64,000 bases of DNA. Source: Verrucomicrobiota bacterium (lineage in GTDB: Bacteria; Verrucomicrobiota; Kiritimatiellia; JAKQHR01). The stretch is taken from positions 5,613-69,612 of the forward strand of contig JAKQHR010000070.1 in NCBI GenBank assembly GCA_029557905.1. The letters are read 5' to 3'. The notes under the pieces are model-generated. The model saw only the letters and a program-made list of their open reading frames with translations. It searched no databases and was not told where the DNA came from. Numbering within the stretch: position 1 is the stretch's first letter; each line of letters opens with the position of its first letter. Positions 58,201-64,000 of this stretch are shown here, piece after piece. Made by a program: the position numbers and the translations under genes.

Positions 58201-59807
58201 TCGCCCTTCTTTTCTGCCGCGGAGAGATCTTTTGCAAGTTTCTGATTCTGCTGTCCCAGAGCCCTGATTTCCTGCTGCAGCCCGGACATGGCGGCAGACT
58301 GATCCTGTGTGAGCTTTTCCAGTTCGGCGGCCTGAATCCCAAGCTCTTTTGCATCCGCGAGCTGCTTTGAAAGGTCTTTGTTGGCGGATTTCAGCCCGGC
58401 AATCTGATCTTCCAGCGCCTTGAGGCTTTCCACTTTTTTCTGCAAAGAAGCAATCTGTCCGGTCAGAGACTTGTTCGTCTTCAGCGCCGCATCCAGTTCC
58501 TTTCTGACAGCGGCAATCCGGTCATCCATTTCCTTCACAGAGGCTTCTGCTGCGGCTTTGGCTGCATCAATTGCGGCTTTTTCGGCCGCCGTTTTCTCCA
58601 AAGCGGAGTTCAGTTCCGCCTTGTCCTTTTCCAGCTGCTCACGGGCTTTTACCAGCCCCGAAAGTTCCTGCTGGCGGGACAGCAATTCCTCCTTAAGCGC
58701 CGCCGCCTGCGCAGACAGCTCTCCAGCGGTCTTTTCCAGCGCGGTTCGGGCATCGGTCAGCGTTTTCACCTCCGCCCGGGAAGAAGACAGCTGCGCATTC
58801 AGGTCCTTGTTCGAGGACTTCAGCCCCGAAATTTCATCCTTCAGTTCCGGAAGGGTCGTCAGCTTCTTTTCCAGCGCGGCCCGGGCATCAGCCAGATCCT
58901 TTGACTCCGCCTTCGATGCAGAGAGCTGCGCGTTCAGATCCTTGTTGGAAGATTTCAGCTTCTCGATTTCCTCCTTAAGGCCCGGGACTGCGGCAAGCTG
59001 CTTATCCAAATCAGCCACCTGTTCTGCAAGCGCCAGCTTCTCCTTTGCCGCGCGCTGGATTTCGCCGTCGCGGTCCTTCACGTTCGAAGCCAGGACCCCC
59101 AGCTGTTCTTTCAGAGAATCCATTTCCCCCTGCATTCCTGCCATCGCCTGATCCCGCTGCGCCAGGGCGGCCTGGGATTTTTCCACGTCCTGCGCCAGCG
59201 CCTTCAACGACTTCTCCAGCAAGGACTTTTCCTTCCCCACAGCCTTGACCTGGTCCTCAAGGGCATCCACCGTATTCAACCGGGCCTGCATTTTTTCAAC
59301 ACTGGCCTGCAGCGTGTCTCTTTCTTTGGAGAGCACCGATATGCTTTTAGTTTTCTGCTTGAGGTCTTCCGACATATCCGACAGCTTTTTGTCCAGCGCC
59401 TGATTCTGTCCGGTCATATCCGCAATTTTCTTTTCTGACGCCTCAATCTGAGCCTGCAGATCCTTCAGGCGGCCCGAAGCCGCCTTTGCCGCGTCCCTCA
59501 TGCTTGCGCGCCGCTCACGGGCCGCCTGTTCCTCGCGGGCCACGGCCGCCTGCTTTTCCTTTTCAAGGCGGTCGAGGGCGGCCTGCATATCCGCCGCCTG
59601 TGCTTTCAGGGAGGCATGCTCCGCCGACAGGTTTTGAAGCTTAGTCCTCGCATCGGAAAGCTCCTGCTGGAGCTGCTGAACCTTGCGCACCGCCGCACTG
59701 GCCACCTCTCCCACCTGCGGGAAAGATTCTTCGGCCGCGCGCAGAAAACCCGGGCATGCCAGCAGCATCGCGGCGATCAGATATACATGTGTCTTAAGCA
59801 TCTTCAT
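55230..59807 (-). CDS. Giant secreted coiled-coil protein (1525 aa), no ATPase motifs
   Basis: Signal peptide MKMLKTHVYLIAAMLLACPGFLRAAEE. The rest is A/E/K/L/Q-rich heptad-like sequence with internal repeats. No Walker A seen, so not SMC. Confidence 0.7.
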   Translation of the reverse strand: MKMLKTHVYLIAAMLLACPGFLRAAEESFPQVGEVASAAVRKVQQLQQELSDARTKLQNLSAEHASLKAQAADMQAALDRLEKEKQAAVAREEQAARERRASMRDAAKAASGRLKDLQAQIEASEKKIADMTGQNQALDKKLSDMSEDLKQKTKSISVLSKERDTLQASVEKMQARLNTVDALEDQVKAVGKEKSLLEKSLKALAQDVEKSQAALAQRDQAMAGMQGEMDSLKEQLGVLASNVKDRDGEIQRAAKEKLALAEQVADLDKQLAAVPGLKEEIEKLKSSNKDLNAQLSASKAESKDLADARAALEKKLTTLPELKDEISGLKSSNKDLNAQLSSSRAEVKTLTDARTALEKTAGELSAQAAALKEELLSRQQELSGLVKAREQLEKDKAELNSALEKTAAEKAAIDAAKAAAEASVKEMDDRIAAVRKELDAALKTNKSLTGQIASLQKKVESLKALEDQIAGLKSANKDLSKQLADAKELGIQAAELEKLTQDQSAAMSGLQQEIRALGQQNQKLAKDLSAAEKKGERANELENANKALADTVAALTAERDMVISQVKSLADSKSSLEGQIEQLGEQVSAARAEAGTRASELEQTVSRLKSEEARASELEKEKTALAAKLADMDARLAELAVAQDDLKAARKEIAALGKEKSSLSSALEKTEKKLVEAEGAIKPARQKAEALAKDLKVSQNALDALQKAQAETAAKRDALAGELDALKQSRDTLAAELTQTQKDLAQVRSLSSDLEKNATQLAGAKAEMETALSALQAEASAAADALKSEKSRNDALTRELAGIKKQSEAKEAAMSKLQADFSKSQRDLKAARDQIKATQDDLVQAQKEKDSLSADVRNLTAAVTRLTEEKNRVTADAAGLGVQLAESSKALLAIRSEASNATKSLEALRQERDKLSVELAALQSAQTDLSKTKQDLESALKDATRRLADREKEMASLLTERDALLVKKEELFAQVMDAEKEIRRCSKEIEAVQEVVKQKDARLMSMDSEKAKLEKSLADAAAREAELLPLRDQLNELAKSKDLLEKDCAGLREKLAAYEAEKATLIEAEKLAADNVKKLEEQVRQLSIERSGLASRMVELQASLEDYAAVKKEVQEVKSRLLDAERRAAQTDRAEETVKNLESRAGQLEASLKQANEALRAANTRIALLEKAEAAAAGKKDSLAAEMQKFKAALDRANTELAETRGKHAEAVAEIASLQQNRSAFEDRMARLNELNTALSAERDRLTAQTGELRSRLAESAESLDAANATVANLTEANNALKTAADNSAQQEARIKELKSELWELSREVEEAGELRARIDSLREQMTGLTRDAAQWQAAATEANAAADDLRRSNTSLQSELGRRDAEIAALRESEQAASGAAETARAEARTLQARLLETSNALENAEKVADRAAELQTLLSQSEAKISDLNGQAARASDRIGVLQKENEKLQKRLEESEQTITRLGEVRNQVDELSRESVRMSRELRKLERAGQGVDEVTSEELKQRIMQLNSRLETILQDADRE

Positions 59808-59837
59808 AATAAACCTCTCAACATCTTTCCTGCGCGG

Positions 59838-62800
59838 CTAGTTGGCCAGTTCCTGCAGGACTTTTGTGGCCTCGCGAAGTTCCGCTTCCAGGAGTTTGAC
59901 TTTTTCAACCAGCTCGGTGCGTTCGGATGCTGTCTTTTCCAGCTTCCCGGCGGTTTCTGCCAGTTGTTTCTGCAGCGCCGCATTCTCTTCTCCGGCCTTC
60001 TTCTGAAGTTTCTCTCCGGCGGCGGCCGCTTTCTTCAGCGCGGCGATTTCAGCGGACAGGGCTTTTGTTTCGTCACTCAGCGCGGCAGCCTGCCTGGCGG
60101 CGTCCGCATGGCGCTGCTGGGCAATTTTCAGCTCGTCCGCCATGGCCCTGGATTTTGCCACGGCTTCTTCGCCGCGCTTGACGGAGCCTTCCGATTTCTT
60201 GAGCGCTTTGCCAAGCTCATCCACCTGGCTCTGCATGTCTGCAATCTGCTGGCGGAGAATCCCCGCCGTTTTATCTCCATCGGCCTTTGCAGCGGCGAGG
60301 GCGTCTGCGGCGGCGGCCGCAGAAGCCTTGACTGCCGCAATTTCATCGGACAGGCTCTTGTTTTGAGCCTCCAATTTATTCCGTTCACCGGAAACAGCCT
60401 TGTTTTCTGCCATCAGGCTGTTGAGGCGCGATTCAAGCTCCTTGACCGCACCGGCCGAAGAGGCGGCGGCTTCCTGCATGGAGGTCTGTTCATTCAGCAG
60501 CGAGGCAATGCGCTTCTCCATTTGGGACGCGGCCTTCTGAAGTTCGCCCGCCTGTTTCTCAAGAACCTTGTTTCGGTCGCGCAGAGGGGCTGTGGCCTGA
60601 TACTGCTCTTCCAGTTTGGCCAGCTGCGACTGCAGTGCGGCCTTTTCATCCGAAACCGTTTTCAGCTGAGAACCAAGTTTTGTCGCCTCGGCTTTCAGGC
60701 GTTCTGCATCAGAAGCAGCGTCCTGCGAAGCTTTCACCGACGCGGCGGTTTCAGCCTGCAGAGCCTCAACAGTCTTCCGGAGGGCTTTGGCTTCCGCCTC
60801 CGCCTTTTCTATCTTCCCGGAGAGTCCCTTCTGGAGCGCATCGCGGGCACGGGCATTGCCTTCGGCCCGCAGTTCGGCGCTCTGCACGCGATCCTGCATT
60901 TCTTTGATTCGAGGCTCCACCGAATTCAAATCTTTGGTCAGCTTTTCAATCTGCGCGTTTCTGCCTTCAAGGTCCTTTGTGAGCGCGGTGATCTTCTGCT
61001 CAGCCTCGGCGGCCTGCCGGCCCGCCGTGTCTTCGCGGGCCTTGATTTCCTGCTGGAGAGCCTCCACGCGCTTGCGGTCGCCCTCACCCGCCTTGCGGAT
61101 ATCCTGCACCGACTTCTCAAAGCCGGCGGACCGGGCCTTTTCCTGGTCCAGTTTTGCGCGCAAATCACTGATTTGGGCTGTCAGTTCCGTATCCAGCGCG
61201 GCACGCTCCTGCTTCACCTGCTTGAGTTCCGCCGTCAGGCTTGCCGCCATATCCGAATTTTCGCGGGCATTGCGCTCTGCCTCCGCGGTCTTTGCCTGCA
61301 GATCGGCGGCCTTTTTCAGCTCGGCCTGATACTGTTTCTCCACATCGGCCTTTTCTGACTGCACCTGTTTGAGCTGCTCTTCAAGCGCAGAAGATGCCGC
61401 GGCCTTCCGCTCGGCCTCGGTGTATTTTTCCTGGAGAGAATCCCTCTCCATGCGGGCAGCTTCCAGGTCGGCCGCAAGCTTCTTTGCGGACTCGGCCTGT
61501 GGGAGCAGCGTCACCACCTGGGCTTTCAGCCGGTCGCGCTCCTGTTCCGCCTGGGCCAGCGCATCAGCCGCCTTTTTCAAATCAGATTTGACTGCCGCAG
61601 TTTCAGCCGCAGTATCAGCGGAACCCTGGGCCATTTTCAGATAGTCGCTCTTAACTTCTTCCAGCTGGCGGCGCATATCATCACGCTGGCTCAGCAGCGC
61701 CTTGCGTTCGGTTTCCGCCGCGGACAGCCGCTTGTCCATCGCATTGGAAGCCATGATCAGCCCGGTCATCTCATCATTCAGCCGGGCTTCCTTGTCCTCA
61801 GCCGCTTTCACGCGGGCCAGCAGATCCTTTTCCTTCCTCGCGTATTCAGACTGCGCGGATGCCTCGAATTTTTTCTGCCGCATACTCAAGTCTTCTGCCT
61901 GTTTCTGAAGTTCCTTGTCCTTTTTGGCAAGCTGTGCAGTCAAATCGGAAATCTGCGACTTCAACTCATCCGCTTTTTTCTGCTCTTCGCTCAGTGCCCT
62001 GGCGCTGCGCGACAGGGCTTCTTTTTCACGCTTTTCCGCATCGGCAAGCGCCTGAGCGCTTCGGGCCTGGGCCTCTTTTTCAACTCTCTCCATATCGGCC
62101 AGCCGGGCGGAAAGCTGATCTTTTTCCGTCACGAGCTTTTTGATGTCGGCATCGGCCTTGCGCAGAAGATCTTCGGCCACCGCCACCTTGGATTCCAGAG
62201 CCGGAATCGCCGTCGCGGCCTGCTGGGCCTGATTCAGCTGGTCCTCAGCCGCTCTGGCACGGGCCTCCGTTTTCCGCAGTTCCACTTCAAGCATCCCGGC
62301 ATCGCCCCGGACTTTCTTAAGCTCGTTGGCCACCTTGGTCAGATTGGCCCGCCATTTGGCGTTCACTTCCTCAATTTGTCCGGCAAGACCGTCCCGTTCG
62401 CTCTGGACAGCAGCCAGATCATTGCGGATCATCTGATTTTCCTGCTTCAGCGCATCCACGTCGCGTCCCCTCGCCTGCAGCTGCGCGTCCAGATCAGTGA
62501 CCTTCATGTTCAGCTGTTCTTCGCCGAGCATGGACCCCCGCAGGGCGCTCATTTCCGCATGGGCTTCGGCCAGCTTCTCCTGAATTTTCTGGTTGTCATC
62601 GGTCAGGGCCAGGATCTTCTGCCTCAACTGCTGGTCGCCGCCGGCCGAAACGCTGCTCTTCGCGCGAACGTCCTGCTCCAGCTGGGCGATCCGCTTCTGA
62701 AGCTCTTTGTTCTGGGCCGAGACGGCCTCATGCTGCGCGCGCCACTTCGCGCCATCATCCGCGACGGGAACAGGTGCGCTGTTGATCTGAGCCTGCAGAG

Positions 62801-63281
62801 AATCAATCTGCTCGCGCAGGTCCTCATTCTGCTCCAGCAGTTCTGAATACTTGGTCCGATAGAAATCCACGGACTGTGCGGAGGGAGCCGCCGCCGCACG
62901 GGCGGCCGGAGCCGGGGCTTTTGCAGGCGCCTTTTCTGCCGGGGCAGGAGCAGGTTTCGCCGCCGAAGCCGGCGCCGAGGCAATCTGCGGGCGCAGGGCA
63001 TCCATCTGGTCACGACAGTACGTCAGCCGGTACTGGACGATGTCCTTCTGCCAGTCGGGATGCGATTCGCTCAGCTCCTTATACAGGTTGTACGAGCGCT
63101 CATAGGCCTCGAACGCCGCGACCAGATCGTTGTTGCCCTTTGCCCTGTCGCCCGCCACGGTGGCGGAATAGGCGTTCAGCTGAAGCTGCTGTGCGGACTG
63201 TGCAGGCTGCGCCTGTGCAGGCACGCCGGCCGCAAGCAGGGCCAGCAGCAGTCCAAATGCGATAAATGTGTTTCTGTTCAT
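59838..63281 (-). CDS. Giant secreted coiled-coil protein (1147 aa), paralog-like partner of 55230-59807
   Basis: Signal peptide MNRNTFIAFGLLLALLAAGVPAQA. ATG at 63281 chosen over the six-frame start at 63548, which overlaps the TPR gene. Nearly continuous coiled-coil. 30-nt gap to the downstream gene. Confidence 0.65.
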   Translation of the reverse strand: MNRNTFIAFGLLLALLAAGVPAQAQPAQSAQQLQLNAYSATVAGDRAKGNNDLVAAFEAYERSYNLYKELSESHPDWQKDIVQYRLTYCRDQMDALRPQIASAPASAAKPAPAPAEKAPAKAPAPAARAAAAPSAQSVDFYRTKYSELLEQNEDLREQIDSLQAQINSAPVPVADDGAKWRAQHEAVSAQNKELQKRIAQLEQDVRAKSSVSAGGDQQLRQKILALTDDNQKIQEKLAEAHAEMSALRGSMLGEEQLNMKVTDLDAQLQARGRDVDALKQENQMIRNDLAAVQSERDGLAGQIEEVNAKWRANLTKVANELKKVRGDAGMLEVELRKTEARARAAEDQLNQAQQAATAIPALESKVAVAEDLLRKADADIKKLVTEKDQLSARLADMERVEKEAQARSAQALADAEKREKEALSRSARALSEEQKKADELKSQISDLTAQLAKKDKELQKQAEDLSMRQKKFEASAQSEYARKEKDLLARVKAAEDKEARLNDEMTGLIMASNAMDKRLSAAETERKALLSQRDDMRRQLEEVKSDYLKMAQGSADTAAETAAVKSDLKKAADALAQAEQERDRLKAQVVTLLPQAESAKKLAADLEAARMERDSLQEKYTEAERKAAASSALEEQLKQVQSEKADVEKQYQAELKKAADLQAKTAEAERNARENSDMAASLTAELKQVKQERAALDTELTAQISDLRAKLDQEKARSAGFEKSVQDIRKAGEGDRKRVEALQQEIKAREDTAGRQAAEAEQKITALTKDLEGRNAQIEKLTKDLNSVEPRIKEMQDRVQSAELRAEGNARARDALQKGLSGKIEKAEAEAKALRKTVEALQAETAASVKASQDAASDAERLKAEATKLGSQLKTVSDEKAALQSQLAKLEEQYQATAPLRDRNKVLEKQAGELQKAASQMEKRIASLLNEQTSMQEAAASSAGAVKELESRLNSLMAENKAVSGERNKLEAQNKSLSDEIAAVKASAAAAADALAAAKADGDKTAGILRQQIADMQSQVDELGKALKKSEGSVKRGEEAVAKSRAMADELKIAQQRHADAARQAAALSDETKALSAEIAALKKAAAAGEKLQKKAGEENAALQKQLAETAGKLEKTASERTELVEKVKLLEAELREATKVLQELAN

Positions 63282-63294
63282 TGGTTCGACTCCT

Positions 63295-64000
63295 CTATGG
63301 ATAGAGTATTTTTTCAAGATCCTGATTTCTTTCGCTGCCCAGACTGATTGCACTCTCATAATATTTTCGGGCGGACGTGATGTCCGAAGGACTCGATGTG
63401 GCCAGCACAACGGCCAGATTGAACTGTGCCTCCGCATGCCGGGGATCGAGCTCCACGGCCTGCCTGAATTCCTTTGCGGCCTCCTGGAGTTTCTGGCGGG
63501 AATGATGAACGATTCCCATGTAATTATGAAGCTGCGCGCTCTTTGCATCCAGCAGAAGCCCGCGGGACAGATACCGGTCCGCCTTCTCCAGATCGTTGTT
63601 GCGCCAGCTGATCATCCCCTTGAGGCCCATCGCTTCGGCATAGGTCGGATGGATATCCAGCAGCTGGTTCAGAATGCTTTCGGCATTTTTGAAATCCCAG
63701 ATGTTGTAGTAGCAGGAAGCCAGCCCCATCATTGCGCGCGCGTTGGAGGGATTCTGTTCCAGCAGAACTGAAAACACGGCCAGCGCCTCTTCCACACGAC
63801 CTTCCCCCAGAAGCTTCTCGCCATTGGCCATGAGCGCATCCTCATCGCGCGCCGCCTCCGCCTTCTCCTCGACAGGTACCGGCTGGATTTTCTCCTCTCT
63901 CACAGCCGGGGCCGGGAACGGTTCGGCGGCCGCCGTGCGAACAACCGTGGAGGGTTTCTCCGCGGGGGGCTCTTTCCGCGAGGGCTTCACCGCCTCTGGA
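63295..64000 (-). CDS. TPR-repeat protein; 5' end lies beyond the window
   Basis: Multiple TPR units (AEAQFNLAVVL, YAEAMGLKGMISW, ALAVFSVLLEQNPSNARAMMGLA). Ends 13 nt upstream of the coiled-coil gene start. Confidence 0.6.
   Translation of the reverse strand, partial: PEAVKPSRKEPPAEKPSTVVRTAAAEPFPAPAVREEKIQPVPVEEKAEAARDEDALMANGEKLLGEGRVEEALAVFSVLLEQNPSNARAMMGLASCYYNIWDFKNAESILNQLLDIHPTYAEAMGLKGMISWRNNDLEKADRYLSRGLLLDAKSAQLHNYMGIVHHSRQKLQEAAKEFRQAVELDPRHAEAQFNLAVVLATSSPSDITSARKYYESAISLGSERNQDLEKILYP

Noticed and set aside
59616-61358. 580-aa plus-strand ORF and several 100-240-aa ORFs (55516-56154, 58420-59151, 60787-61329)
   Set aside because: All antisense to the coiled-coil genes. Repetitive Ser/Ala/Arg/Leu-rich translations mirror the sense-strand repeats.
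55230-63281. Possibility that the giant coiled-coil proteins are SMC/RecN-type chromosome segregation ATPases
   Set aside because: No Walker A (GxxxxGK[ST]) or signature motif seen. Both have N-terminal signal peptides, so they are exported fibrous proteins instead.

Overview
GC-rich (about 60%+) bacterial chromosomal segment, gene-dense on both strands, with about 65 supportable features. It has no CRISPR array, integrase or transposase. The lineage is a guess: PVC-superphylum-like (Verrucomicrobia/Kiritimatiellae-type), inferred from several eukaryote-like protein families (ankyrin-repeat protein, GT3 glycogen synthase, serpin, Qng1-like queuosine salvage) plus two very large secreted coiled-coil proteins.

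Housekeeping content: trkH-trkA, ychF, the deoB-deoA-punA nucleoside catabolism operon, yjbQ, an initiator-like tRNA-Met, rpsT, rtcB, an LPS/KDO-heptose cluster (lpxL-like, kdsB, rfaE-like, DUF3108), yebC-ruvC, an EF-G paralog, dacA-like, HPr, nadA, lpdA.

Accessory or noteworthy content:
- A tightly packed arsenic island at 12.1-18.5 kb: arsR, an ArsP-like permease, an embedded thioredoxin/CcdA thiol-disulfide relay, a second arsR, arsC, arsM and acr3. It is punctuated by a shared 17-mer and a 14-bp inverted repeat.
- A lexA-like/umuC-like SOS mutagenesis cassette carrying a perfect GAAC-N4-GTTC (Cheo-type) box.
- Two unlinked arrays of a 31-bp-period palindromic element (TTCCAAT-N2-ATTGGAA, three copies each) sitting 13-18 nt upstream of start codons.
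- Two similar phased T-tract (curved-DNA-like) elements upstream of arsR1 and nadA.
- A TPR-protein -> 1147-aa -> 1525-aa signal-peptide coiled-coil gene operon at the 3' end of the window, which looks like an undescribed periplasmic/extracellular filament system.
- A 915-aa secreted protein with repeated GEVED-type modules.

Many long antisense ORFs in the six-frame track are GC-driven artefacts and were not called.
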